A program made the position numbers and the translations under genes. A stretch of 64,000 bases of DNA from Paraspadella gotoi (Eukaryota; Animalia; Chaetognatha): positions 20,755,665-20,819,664 of the forward strand of contig CM119269.1 in the NCBI GenBank assembly GCA_051294375.1, written 5' to 3'. Of the stretch, positions 1 to 14,100 are shown one piece after another. The notes beneath the pieces are model-generated. The model was not told the DNA's origin. It ran no database searches and saw nothing but the letters and a program-made list of their open reading frames with translations. Each line of letters starts with the position of its first letter. The stretch's first letter is position 1.

Positions 1-262
1 AATAAAACATCAAAATTTTAAAAAGTTGTAATTATATTTTTTGCTTTACTTTTTAAGCTCTATCAGAATCAATTAAAAAAACTTAAAGTATACAAAAAAA
101 ATTTTTGACATTATATAGCAATATAATAATATTAATTAGCGAATTACTCATGGTTCGGAACATTTTTGCAAAAAAATATTTTAACACAATAATTAATACC
201 AATAATGGATTAGTTTAATGCTGTTCCCATTAAAATTTGAATTTGGTCGGCTACCGCTACCT
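1..262 (+). repeat. Dispersed repeat end, shared with 7682-7927
   Basis: High identity between 1-262 and 7682-7927, both ending TACCGCTACC(C)TGA. Confidence 0.8.
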
Positions 263-760
263 GAAATGGTCCTTTTGTTAACCAGTCGTCCTCCGCGGTA
301 GAGCTCGAACGCGCCCCTTCCCGAGTATGCCACTGCATCGATCACAACGACTCTAACCAGGTCGGCCCGCGACAGAAGACTGAATTCCTCATATTCAGCC
401 ACTTGGTTTACTACTCGATTCTATCAGTGCGGCTGTTGCGACCATTGCCCGGGCTGGGTCCCGCCCCCGACGCATTTCCTGGCAGAAACTCAGGCCGGTC
501 GGCCGGAAGAAGAGTCCCCGTTTCAAGGTCCTCCGGGGAAGTTTGTTGTCGACCTCTGTTACTATCCTGCGCGAATAATTTCCGATTTGGACGCGGAGAA
601 GATAAAGTACATGCATATTTGAGCTCTTGTCTTGGCCGCTGTCACTTTTTTTTTGGTTATTTTATGATTAAATTAACTCTGAAGAGACTTTCATTGAATC
701 GTAGCAATAAGTTTTGATGCCAGTATGTAGAATATTTTTTGAGGCGATTAATTTCATCTC

Positions 761-1443
761 GGTATAATTTTACTTTCGCCGACCGGAGTTAGGGGGGGTA
801 ATTAAATGATAATTTTTTTTAAAGAATTTTTTAAAGAATTAAAATTCCTTTTTTTAAATAATGGTATAATTTTATTTTCGCCGACTGCGCTTAAGGGGTT
901 TAAGGCCTGGGATCAGTGGCCAAAAGTTATAATTAGGATGAAATAAAGCTTGTATTTGGAAAGTAGAGGTCCAGACGATTATGAAAATATATTTAATTTA
1001 TCTTCTCTTCGAATCCATTGCTGTTTTTTTGAATTTTATAATACTATATAAAATAAAAGAAACCTTTCGGAAGAGTTGCGGCCCAAACGGCTAAGCGGAT
1101 TTTTAGGAAATTTTACACAAATTTACTTGAGGATAAAGGTCCCAATTCTATGAGAGGGATTTTTCAAATTCATTTATCTTCATAAAAAAAGATTAGATTG
1201 TACGAAGCTTTATGCAATTCTTGTTTGAATGATCCCAGGTCTTAAGGATAAAGGTGATTTAAGGGAGGTTAGGGTTAAGAAGGTTTATGGTTAAGGCATA
1301 TTTTTTAAAACTTTTTTTAAAAATAAGTATTTAAAAGATATTAAAACCTTAATCAGCCAAAATACAATTTTACAGCTTTTACATATTTTTAAATAATTTT
1401 TTAAGACGCAAAAACCCCGGTCGGCGAAAGTAAAATTTTATCC
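761..1443. mobile_element. MITE family with GG(T/C)ATAATTTTACTTTCGCCGAC inverted ends and TTAGGG/CCCTAA-like internal motifs; further pieces at about 26744-26924, 36550, 37230, 38357, 40751-40960, 41036-41150
   Basis: GGTATAATTTTACTTTCGCCGACCGG at 761 and CCGGTCGGCGAAAGTAAAATTTTATCC at 1417; the same end motif recurs many times in both orientations. Confidence 0.65.
904..1241. mobile_element. Non-autonomous DNA transposon (MITE) with TTAA target duplication, Kolobok-like
   Basis: TTAA|GGCCTGGGATCA ... TGATCCCAGGTC|TTAA; terminal inverted repeats match 11/12; RR...YY ends with a TTAA TSD fit Kolobok. Confidence 0.7.
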
Positions 1444-4400
1444 TAATCTCTCTGTAAAAATTACTTACCCATTGATGTGTTTTTCATTTTAAAATTATTT
1501 AATATTTTAGGAAAATGTGATAAGCTATATAAGTGTTTTTTCCCAGCTTTTTCAGCTCAGTGACTTCATTCTTAGATCTGCCGAAACCGTTTTAATAAAG
1601 ATCCGAAAGTCGTCGGCGAAAGCTATAAATATTTTGGCCAGTTAATCTTTATCGCGGGTTTTCATCGCCGCGAGGATTGGCCGAGGCGCTCTTCGATCGT
1701 TCGGGGGAGAAGATTGATTTTTGCCAGAGATAATTTCTCCACTCGCTACGGGCGAATTGAGACGGAATAGTTTTAAAAAATCTTTGTCGGTGTACGGTTT
1801 AGTAAAAAAATCAATTTTTAATATTAATTTAACTTATCTCAAAGTAGCGTTTTATTATGATTTCTTTATTTAGAACGTGACTTAGCCTAGTATTGTAAGC
1901 CTCCCTTTACTGTTACCTCGGCGAGTTTTTACAATTAGGTTTTCGTAAGGTTTTTTTTAGATCTCATCTCGCCCGGTCGATTTCCCCTGCTCTTATCCGG
2001 GGCATTTGTCGATTGTCGACAGCCGCTAAGCAGAAGAAACGAAGACGGGAGATTAACGCCTGTCGTCGGCACTGTCCAAATAGAGAGAACGAGACGGAGA
2101 GAAAGAGACTTAGTTTCCAACCGAGCTTGGTCATTTGACCCTTTTATTTATGATTTGTTGACGGAAACACTTGTGTGAATACCACTAAATAGATAATTAT
2201 AGAGTGAAACAATTTACCACCAAACAACTAACCGTCTAACGAATTATCAGTTAAAGTCAAACTGAAGACGCTGATTCCATCGGAACAAGACGATTAATTA
2301 GTAAAGTTTTCAGCCTTCGCGGAACTGGGCGCTATATAATAGTTTTCCATATATCTTTCACCCGATATATTGATGTTTGCTGTATGATACTGTTTATAAG
2401 TCGCATGATTGTACGTTTCAATCTTTTGGTTAAGTCCGATCGAACGGTATATAAAGTATATAAACCCTACATTTTTAAAATTTGTAGCCTTCTACTTTTT
2501 AATGCGAAGTAAACGTTCAGAATATCAAATAATATCAAATAAAAAGCCCTTTTCAAACCATAACTCCATCCACCAAATCCTTATTAATCCTGCAAATTTG
2601 TCTTATATCTCAGTGCACTTGCAATTTTTTTTATTTATACCAAAAGGAAAGTAAACTTTTCTCTTCTTTCTCATTTGATTCGTATTTACGAATTTGAAAA
2701 GCAGGAAGAAAATTTGTCACCAGCTTGTCACCAGGAAAGCTGTACCTCTTAGTCTTAAGCTCATCCGTATCTCTTGCATTTGTAATTTTATTCCCTTCGA
2801 GTTTGAGGTTTTGTTCAGGAAAAGACTAAACTTTCAGTAAAGCGTAGCAAAAATGTTAAAATAAAATACAATCAAAATTTGAATACTGGAACAGGCTTGT
2901 TCTTATTAACATTTTCAAACAAAAAAAATTACTTTTTATGTTTCAATTTTCGCGGTAGCCCATATATATAATATAATATATATGTAATATAATATATAAT
3001 ATTATATATATAATAAAATTGAAACATATATTATATATATTATATTTTATATTATATAAAAAAAAGAGCGATATAATTAAAAACATAATTATAAACTTTT
3101 TTCTTATACTATATACTAATTTGCATATTACAGTTAGTCATAATATGAAGGGAATTCAAAAACAAATACTTATATTTATATGAAACACATTAATTTAAAA
3201 GATCTTGATGATAAAACTCCATATTTAAATTTTTTAACGTTTTACATTTGCTTACTTTTATAACAACCAATTGTAAAAAAGCGTGACAACGACGTCCCTC
3301 AGAGGCAAAAGTCAACCTAAATCTCTCCCAGGACTGACCTTGGCCCGTCTGGCGAGTTAAAATAATTTCGTGACGGAACGCTATGTATGCCCGGATAAGT
3401 CCCGGCATGACTGGGTATGTCCGGTGTTTGAAGAATTGCATCCATCGGCATCGCTATTTTGAAAAAAAGAAGAATCGAGTTGATTCGACGAAGCGGCATT
3501 ACATTTTTTAAAGTTATTTACACACTAATCAAGCTTTAAACAATCGGAAATTTTATTCAAATTGTTTTATCTTAAATATTATTATTGCCATAATAATAAA
3601 TAAAACGGTTAAGATTTAAGGCTTAAATATTCTAAAAAAAAATTTTGAAAAATCCCATAGAGAGATGCGTCTAGCCGGCCCCCCAAAAAAGGACATTGTT
3701 TTACTCGATCGCATGCATTAATGTTTCCACGCGTCGACAGATGCGTAGAAAAGTATATTATTATACAGATAAACTCATAAAGCGATGAAGTTGGACACGC
3801 ATGTTTTTTTGCTCGATTTTTTTTCCGACATCGTCAATTCGTCATTTTGTCATCCCAACTAAAAAAACGGCAAACAAAGGGGTCGACGATATGGTTTTCG
3901 TTGGCCCCTAATTGCCTTTATTTCTCTTGACACTTAATCGCGTCTGTTCTTTTCATTTTATTGACAACAGAAAGGTTTTTTCCTTTTCGTTGATAAAACG
4001 CTTAGAAAAAACGCTAGTAATAAACGAGATTTCCTAACTGAACCGAAATCCCAGGCCAATTCGATACGTGAATAATATTAGTTATATCAAGCCAAATCTC
4101 TCTTCATTGATAAAATTAATACTTGAATATTTGTTTTATTTCATTACTAAATAATGATGATATCGTTTCCCTTTTTTTTATTTCAGACGTTCGTTCCACC
4201 ACCAGACAATAAAATTGGTTATAGAAAATATAAAATTGAAGTATGGGTTTTTTTCTGCATTCTCCTCTATTAAACAAAACCGCAAAGAATCGAATAAAAA
4301 CTGAATTAAAATAAATTTAAACTAAAAAAAAACAAAAAAAACTTCTATCATCTAATTATCTTTTTTCGCTTCTTTTCTTGTCGCCTGGACGATCAGCGGG

Positions 4401-4590
4401 TGGGGTAACCTTGAAAAAGTATGATTAAAACGACTACGAAAAATTACTAGAAATTAAAACTTAATGCTCCAAAAAAATGTATGGGTATTCCTGGAGATTA
4501 ATACGTTCTAGAGGTCTATAGGAAAATGAAGAGCAAGGTTTTTTTAATAAATTAACGGAAAAAGAAGAGGAATAAAACGGTATTCTTTTA

Positions 4591-4593
<3 letters not shown>

Positions 4594-4673
<80 letters not shown>
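4594..4673 (+). repeat. (CT)n microsatellite
   Basis: About 40 perfect CT units; similar CT/GA tracts at about 42877, 44460, 46683, 48345, 50340 and 52845. Confidence 0.95.
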
Positions 4674-4677
<4 letters not shown>

Positions 4678-5161
4678 CAGCACGTCTTTCGTCGTTCCGC
4701 ACCTACGAAGGTACAAAGGTTTATTTTTCATCTTTTTCCAGAGCGAAATACTTAAATACATTAAAAGGAGTGAGGAAGAGGAACCCAGTCCTAATTAACG
4801 TCGAAGTACCCCGCAGGGAGTGAAGCTTCGCCCTTCTTCAGTCTTTTTAACTCCTGCATCAACGATCCCTTATTCGTTCGACTCCGTCCTTCGTCTTCTT
4901 TAATCTGCTGTACCGATCACCGTTCACCCCGTCCTCAACTCAATCTGGGCCGCTCATAACAAAAATATTTTGAGTCTATCGAAATTAACCGTATTTTGAT
5001 TATAAATTGATTAGTTTAAAAATTATCGTCATTCTTTCTCGTATCATAAAAATCTCGCCTCTCCAATACGCCGGCGCCCCAGCGTCTTTTTCGCGACCTG
5101 ATGCTGCTCCCTTCGCGATCATTGACGGAGCCGAGTGATTGTTCCTTTTATCCACGAAGTC

Positions 5162-8100
5162 ATGCGCGAGACTCGGCTCGATTCTTATTTCTCCGCATTG
5201 CCCGGACCACTCGTTTCCGCCATACTTCCAGCCCATACGGCCTTCGCCCCGGCTTTTCTACCTCGCGACATGGCCCTCGCCTCTTCCATAGCTGAGTCGC
5301 GGCGCTTGGGCGTTTTTTCGCAGCCCGGCATCGTGAGGGCCTCGTACTTTGGCCATCAAGGGACAAGGCTAATCGATCAATCGAAAATCGGGCCATATTC
5401 TCCAGGTATGCTTTTTAGTTGAGCGGAACAACTATACAGGTCCACCTATTTCTGTCCATTTCTCTCCGTCGATTTGTCCCACTAACGTTTTCAATGCTAA
5501 TAACTCTAGTAGTACTTTATCATATTAGTTTATACTTAGTAGTGAGTTGATGTATTTAGTATAAGATGCATTATGTATATGTTTTATACTACAGTCACGT
5601 AAATTACGTCGTAATCACCTGAAAATACGTTAACTTTTCCAGGATTAATAAATCATTTTAGTTAATAAAAGTAAAAAAATAAATATTTTGAAATTTTAAA
5701 ATCGGATTTGAATTCCTTACAAAAAGTTGATATAAGAAAGTAAAATCCATTTTAATAAATTCTTTCATTAAGTTGGTTAAAAATGATAAACCATGATTTT
5801 TGTTTAATTTTACCATTTTTGGCTTAAAATTATAGTTTTCCTAAATTTTGTCTAACTTAATGGCATAATTTTTAATAAAAATTCTATTTTCTTATATCAA
5901 CTTTTTGCAAGGAATGCGAATCCGGGATAAAAATTTTTAAATTATTATTTTTTAACTTTAGCCTAATTTTTATTCATAATTATTAATAAATATAGCTAAC
6001 TAACTTTTAATAAAACCTAGAATTGAGAAATAAATTTACCAAAATATATTTATAGGTCTTTATTTTTATATTTCAAAAGCTCATGTAAATTTTTTAAAAA
6101 ATTAATTATTTGGTTTATCATAACTTATAATGTTTGCCCTATTTTATTAGCATTTTATATACATTAAAAATCGTTATTTCCGACAAGAAAGATTAAATTT
6201 TACAAAAAAAATGGTTATCACCATCGAATTCTTCAGACCTTATTACAGTAAAATAATTACGAATGGAATTTAATATTTTAGATTTTGTTATATTTGAACG
6301 CTCTATTGTGCATGTGTTCCATAATTGTGTAGTCACCTAATCGTCACTCTATCGGTCCATGTTCATGTTATAATGAGCTAATTTCACTCGAACGCTATAT
6401 GATTATATTTTGGTTAATTTTTTTTCAACGCATAAAGATGATTATTACCATTCCCAATTAGATGGAAGCAGCGTTGGGTCGAATTCCGACGAATCACCCG
6501 ATGACGAAATCATGACCGAACTGAAGGAAACCGACAATGAAGACCGTGGCGTGAACAACAACGACCACCCCGCTGTTGACGCCAGGGGGGACTCTCCCCC
6601 CGACGATGCAGGTGGAAATTTAAGATTTTATTTTTAATTTTCTTAACTTTTTCGGGATTAACATTCTCTTGGACTCCCACCGGTATTCAAAGGTCGAAAA
6701 CCGTTTCCGTCTCTCGACCCCGAATGGGCGGAGGAAAGATTTCGGGTCGACAGAAAGAAATTAGAAGAACTATTAGCAAGCGATGCCACCTTCGCAACTG
6801 TACAGGTAACCTTCATGGGGACTAGCACGCATAGGTTATTAAGGATTAGTAATTAGTTTTAATTTTTCAGCTATTAAATTATTATTATTATCATTATTAA
6901 ATTATAATTAGATGTAGTATAAATTTCTTAGGAAATAAATAATTAATGTATTCAATTTAAAATATAAGAATAACATATAAATTATAAAAGATTATCAAAT
7001 TTACATCTATAATATAAGGACACCCCTAAAATTCTACTTTGTAGTCTTAACCCTCAATATTAATAATAATATAATTAATCAATAATAATGAATCATAAAT
7101 CACCTTAACCCCTCTACCCCTTTCTTTTCAAACTTTTAGATATTTTTAATTTTAAATAAATGACTTTTTAACAAGAATGACTAATATGTAATTAGAAAAC
7201 TAGAGCAGAAAGTAACTTTTAACCTTGTGAAATATATTAAATTTTTACATTTATTTTTAAATTTAATCCAATTTAGTCTAATATAGTAAAACAAGTAATC
7301 TTTTTTTTGTAAACCAGAGCCACTAATTAGTCACATTTAAAAAGAGTCACGTTTTCCTTGAAACAAATTTTATATCCCTCATTAGGCCCAAAGTTTATCT
7401 ATGGGGTGGGGTGGGTCAGAGGTTTGATTTGAGAACCTTGCCAAATGTAACTTCACACATTTCTGAGAAAACTTTGAATGGACCTACTTTTTATAAAATG
7501 GCTATAACTATAAGCACCAGTAATAATTTGTTTTTATTTGTTTATAGATAGGATATATAAAAAAAAATTTTAAATTTTTTATTTTTAATATTTTGATCCT
7601 AAGTGGGTCAAAATTGGGAAAAACCTAAAAAAATCATTATCATCATCATCCGATAATTTTAGCAGTTTTTGCAGTTTTTGTAATAAAACTTTAAAAAGTT
7701 GTAATTACATTTTTTGCTTAACCTTTTGAGCTCTATCAGAATCAATTAAAAAAAATAAAAATATCCCAAAAAATTTTTTACATTATAAAGCAATATAATT
7801 AACGAATTACTCATGGTTCAAAACATTTTTGCAAAAAAATATTTTAACACAATAACTAATACCAATAATAGATTCGTTTAATGCTGTTCCCAGTAAAATT
7901 TAGATTTGTTCGGGTACCGCTACCCTGATAAATATAATTTATCAACCTTAATTTTTTATTCCGTATATTTTTATATACAATATTATACATTGCTTAATTT
8001 TTAGATTAATCTATCAGGTCGAAATTTCAATTTTTTTTCGAGGTTTATTATGGTATGATCTCTCCGTTACTTCGGTTAAGTGCGGCAATGATTATTTTCA

Positions 8101-11100
8101 CAGATACATCCGTTTTCAAATTCGTTTAACAGCTTTGTATTTATTTTATCGGGGGAAAATTAATGGTTTCTGTGGCTTGATAGGATCGGCCCTTGATAGG
8201 GTTTGTAATGTAGAATTTAATATGTATTGGGGATTCTTAAGTCTATTCATATTATTGAACTTACACTAGTTTGAAAGTAGCCAGCAAGGAAAGTAAACTT
8301 GGATGGGAGAGATCGTGCGTTTGGTGAATTATTTTTATTTTTAAATAATAAACTGTAAAAAGTTACTGAAACTAGAAAAGGATTTGGCGACTTATTAATT
8401 TTTCAAGATGGTACATAACATTAACAAGGAAAAGATAATATACAAATAAAAGTTAACTTACTTTATCCTTTTTTTTTAAAAAAACCATATTCAATCAAAA
8501 CTACGTAAAATTAACACCGATGAATCCAAACTGAGTGAGTCCACTGGTTCTTCTCCCTCATATCAAAATCAGCCGGGTAGCCTGTGATGTCCATAGGGAA
8601 GGGCTTTAGCTTTCGACCCTCAGTGACGCCACCTGTCACTGGCGTGTTTACCCTAGACGGTCTCGTGTCTAGGTTTGGATATTTTAACAAATTAATAAGT
8701 CTGGGTCACCATTTGGTAATGGCTCGGTGGCTCGACTATACATAGATATCAGGATTAATTAATGAGCCGAAATACTAGAAAAATAATTGAAGATCTCTTA
8801 TAGTATGATGAAAAAATCTTCTTAAAACTTTCATTCAGACAAATAACTTCGAACTTTCTTAAAACTTTGTAATGCAGTTGAAAAAAAGTGTAAAATTGAT
8901 ATAACGTCAGGTGTGTTTTAATACTAGAATTTATATCGTTTTTAATGATCCTAAAGTTAGGAAAGATATCTTTTAAACTGCATGTTGATTTGTTTTGGTT
9001 AGCATTCTAACGCGATGGATACAGGCGGTGGATTCTTTCGACAAATCATGGAGGCGACGGGGACATCCATTACGTGGCCATCAAAACTCAAGATCGGAGC
9101 CAAGAGTAAAAAGGACCCCCACATCAAAGTCACAGGTTTCTCATTTTTTTTACCCGTTTATTTGTTCGTGTTTTTGTCGTAATTCTGTTTCACAACCAAC
9201 ACAAATATGTACGTAATATTACATAATGTGCATCGCATAAATAGAGCATTATATGCTACGAAATTGTATTCGCGGCGCTTTTCTTTCTCAATTCAGAATT
9301 TGTTTGTACCAGGCAAACGCGATCAAGTCCGTGTCGCCAAGGAGCGCATCATGTCGAAACTGGATACGAAATCTCAGCGGGTGACCCTCAAGATGGACGT
9401 CAGCTTCACCGATCACAGTCACGTCATCGGCAAAGGGGGCAACAACATTAAGAAAGTGATGGAGGAGACCGGGTGCCACATTCATTTTCCTGATTCGAAT
9501 CGCGCAAATTCTGGTGAGCCATTTCGTTGCTATCGACTAGTATTTAGCTTAATTAAAACGCGTCATCCCGAGTTACACACTTTGCTTCAAAGGCGCAGAG
9601 AAGTCTAACCAAGTATCAATTGCTGGCCACGTTGAAGGTGTTGAAGCGGCACGAAAGGCTATCCGCCGCCTCCTCCCTCTAGTTCTCGCTTTTGATTCCT
9701 TAGTTCCAATCGACGCCAATCACCCCTTCGTGCTTAAGTTACAGCAGGTAATTTCTGATGTATAGTTGTATACATGGATTATTAAAAGAACTATAAAAGC
9801 CTCGCGTCGTAGTTTGTATAAATTTAATATAGAATGTCTCGATAAAATAAAAAAAAATTGTAAGTCGTTTCTCAACCTCCAGACGTATAACATTGCGGTG
9901 ATGGTGAAGCAGAAATCGTCAGCGACCAACACCGTCTTTGTAAGAGGCACCGTCGAAAACGAGGCAAACGTCATTCAGGCGAGTGGAGGATGCAGAGCGA
10001 GGATGGTTTATTATTGTGGTTTAATGGGGACAAGCTTTTTTTTTATTAATACCAAAAACAATATTGACAAAATCAGAAACAGTATCAGTGTAAAATACTG
10101 CCTAAAACAAGCTTAAGACAAGCTTAAAACTTCACTCGCTCATTTGTGCATTTTTATCGTCGCAATCGCTTGCGCTTGCGACGATTTTGGCACTGGTCTG
10201 TCGTCGTTGTCGTCAGCGTCAAATTATTGATCACCTTTTTATATATTATATTATTTGTAATTGTATGAAGCTGAAAATTTAGATATGGCTTCTCATCATC
10301 AATCAGTTCATATTATGACTAACTGTAATATGCAAATTAGAATATAGTATAAGAAGTTGCTTCCTCTTCTGATTCAACCAAAAACTAGTTTTCTCTTTTT
10401 TTTTTTTTTTTTTAACGTTTAATTTTTTTCTTTGCCTTCTTTTTTTTGTTTTCTCTTGTTTCTCTCTCAATTTACTTCTCGAATTTTGTGTGTTTGTCTA
10501 TTTGTTTTTAAACAAAACAAAAAACAAAACTTAGTTTTCCTGTATCATCTTTTATTTTTTGTTTGAGTATCAAAGTTTGTCATTGGTCCAGATTTTGCTA
10601 TGCGATTGGAACGATCCTTATGCTTTTAAGATTTTTTTCTAGTATTGTATAAACGAAATAGTATTTTTACGCCTTATTCACTTGCTGGTGAAAATGCGAT
10701 CTTTCCTTAGGCGAGTAAAAGTTTGATCGAGCTGATCAGCCGGACCTTTGGAGCGGGTCCAGGCATTCTTCGTCCTTCGTTGATCTCCACACAGATGGAG
10801 ATTTCTCCGCAACATCATGCCTTCATTCAGGGAAAAAACGAAGTTCTCGTTAAACAGGTGCGATTTTAGCGAGAAATTTTATATTGGCCTTTGGATGGGC
10901 CGACGGAAAAAGAGCTGATTTTCATTTTTTATTTAAGCACATTTCAAAAATTTTAATTTGCGTTTAAAATATTTATTATTAAAGGCTTTTTAAGCGTTTT
11001 TTCAAAAACCCCATACCTAGATCATCCAAAAAACCGGCGTCCAGATCCACTTTCCAGACGGTGTGTCCACGTCACCGTCGACGGGCGGAGCACATTCCTC

Positions 11101-14100
11101 AGTGGCGCCGTTGATGGGTGGGGCCGACGTGTTGTCCGTCTGGCTGATGCAAGCGACGGCGCCATCGACATCGGCGTCAAATCAGGGGCGCAAATCGTCC
11201 GTCTTCATCTGGGGCAACAGCGTCGACAACGTCGTGCTGGCCAGGTAGTCACAAGACAAACAGAGAGATAGAAAGAAAAAGGGCGATTGTTCCAGTAATT
11301 TTATGTTGTCTATTAATTTCAATCGAGAAGAATACGCCCGCTAGTTATTTTTATTTTTGTTGGTATTTAGCAACTTATTTTTTTTTTAGGTCAATGCTAA
11401 TCGGTTGTCTTCCTCTTGTTCTCATGTTTGACATCAAAGACGACGCCAATGGCGCAGATACGGGTAAGTTAAAAAAAATTATTCTAATGGGCAGGTGCAA
11501 TTTTGAATTTTTAGTGTGGTAAGTTCTGCAACCTCCGTCCCTCCTTTTTCAGCCCAAATCGCCCATTACATGGAATCCCTCAACGTTTATATCTCTGTCA
11601 AGCCAAAGCCCAAGCAACCCTCGAAATCTGTCATAGTCAAATCCATGGAATCAAATTTCGCCAACGTCTACGAGGCGCGCCGCCTTTTGGTCGGAAGCGG
11701 CGGAAGTCCCACGTCGTCCCCGGGGAATCGTCTTGATCAACAAAGTAGCAACGCCGCTCGCGGTCTGGGTCTCGGTATGACCGAGAACAATCCGAGTAAT
11801 TCCTCTGGCTTTTATTTTTTGAACGTTTTTTTCACTTCTGAAATTTTTTTTTTATCGATTCCTTTTATGTTTTAATAATCTTGTCCGATTGTATTTTTTT
11901 TTAAACGGGCTAAATGAATTTTATCCCCTCCTCAGACATTTCCAACTCCTATTCCTCTACTTTGTTAATGGAGTCAACTATGATCGATCATCGCCTGCCT
12001 CAGCAACAGCTCCAACTTTCGGCGGCCTACCAAATACTGCAGTCGCAACAAGACCTAGTGAGAATCATTTACATTTGCGTAAGCAGTTTTCTACGTAATT
12101 TATATTGCGTGATATTTTTATTCATCAGCACTGCGGCTTTCCTACGACCGTTTCCCAATCCATCCCTTTTCCCCTTTGTCCGATTCCAAACTCATCGGAC
12201 TCTATCGCTACACCATCCAATGCACGCCATCTCGCGAATCTCACCGTCTCCGTGACTTCTTGCCAAACTCCCTCTCCCCAGCCCCCACCGCCGGCGTCCA
12301 TGACGGGAATGTCTCTCCCGCCGGAAGGAGCGCGTCGTTCGCCGACGGACGCCATATCGTCGATCTTCGCGGCTCCTACGCCTCTAAGGCATATAGCACA
12401 GCACAACCGCCAACACCTTCAACATTGGCAGATGCAGCATCAGCTGCAACAGCACTCTAGCATGCAGGCTTTGCTTCATCATGGCGCTGCAAAGCAAAGT
12501 TCTCGTTCCTCCCCGAGCGACGTCGGTTACGGCGTTCGTGACGCCGCGGTCGCAGCCATCGCTGCCGAAGCCGGCGTCAAAACTCATCATCCCGCTTGTC
12601 GATTCTCGACGCAGACTGATCGTCAGGATGTCGCTAACGCTTCCTCCAAAACCGCTGCCGCCGCGACGCCACTTCTACTAGTCGGTGGATCCACCGCCGT
12701 TAACCCCAAGTCCATTCCGCCGTTGCTAACCCCTCCGCTGGACCAGCGGGTGCCTCGAAACAAAGCAACGATCGGCGATGGCCCCGCCTCATCCAGTTAT
12801 ATTTCCGGAGTTAATGCTTTTCCGCCACCGTTGATCAAGAGTCACTTCGAGAGCGAAAAAGTCTTCCAGGTAGCGATATGATGTCATATGTAACCTTGAG
12901 GGATATTGAAGGCGAAGAGTAGAAACTAGAGAATGTATCGCGAGAGCCTAGACAAAATATACCGAGGGGGAGGAGGAAAGAAGAGAAAGAGGAAAATGGG
13001 TCGGCAAGCTAAATCCTCCTCTGGTATAATTTACTAATAATAATGATTTTAATAAACTTCCCTGATTCTATTGAAATGAAGTTTTTATTTAAAAATTTTT
13101 AACTTAATTTTTATTTTATATTTCGTGGTTGTCTTTTAGTGCAATATTTCCGGACTGCCAAGTCCCAACGAATCGCATATGTCTCTCGACGCCATGAGCC
13201 AAATGGTCGCTGTACCTCCGCCAACGCCTACACCGCCGCCGCCTCCCTCTACGATTACGCAAGACATCGACTTTGCCCCATTGCCTTCGAATATGGTTTG
13301 CTACGAAGCAAATAGGAACATTGTAAGACAGTTATAAAGTGGGCCTCGCTATCTTTCGTAGGCTAATAATTAACTTTTTTCACGTTACAGAAAAACGAAG
13401 CTTCTCAGTACGTTTCGTTCGTACAACCTGGATTCACGGGTGAGTAGTAACCGCGATAATCGATGATCTTGAGTTTTTTTATCTCGCCAGACGGGCTTAA
13501 GCTTAATAATAATATAATTATGATAATGATAATCGTTTAGCATTGCTTCTTTGTGTCGTCGTTATTATCACGCTTTTTTAAAATTGGAAATTGTAAAAGT
13601 GTATAACCATAGGTAGTGATTAACAGTATTCGACAAAATTTTTAATTCTTTATCCGCTAAAAAATAATAAGGAATTTGATACCAAAAAACAAGGCTTTTT
13701 AAAATATTTACTGTACAGAAAATACTGGAAAAAAATTTATTTTTTGAATATAGGTAGGGCAAGTGTAAGTCTAACAAAAAATTGAAAAAGAATATTATAA
13801 ATAATAAGAATATTGAAATAGTACAGAAAGCAATATTTCTTTTTATTGTAGCGCAAAAACTAGGCTTTCCTCGCAAAACCTCTGGTTACAGGAGATGCAA
13901 ATGTTTTTTCTTTCAACAAATTGATCATTGTTAATTCCCAAAAATGATGCGCAAAAATGCGCCAGCAGCAGTTCTGGCGATAGTCATTTTATATAATCTT
14001 TTTTATTGTATATTAAAGCTTATGAATCATCAATATGTATAAAACTGATATAATATATTTATTATGATCTTAAGATTTATCGTGTTTTTTTTCTGTTTAC

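Noticed and set aside
261-640. GC-rich island with short minus-strand ORFs and a possible donor at 261
   Set aside because: Stop codons interrupt all minus-strand frames and no family is recognisable; the apparent donor coincides with a repeat end.
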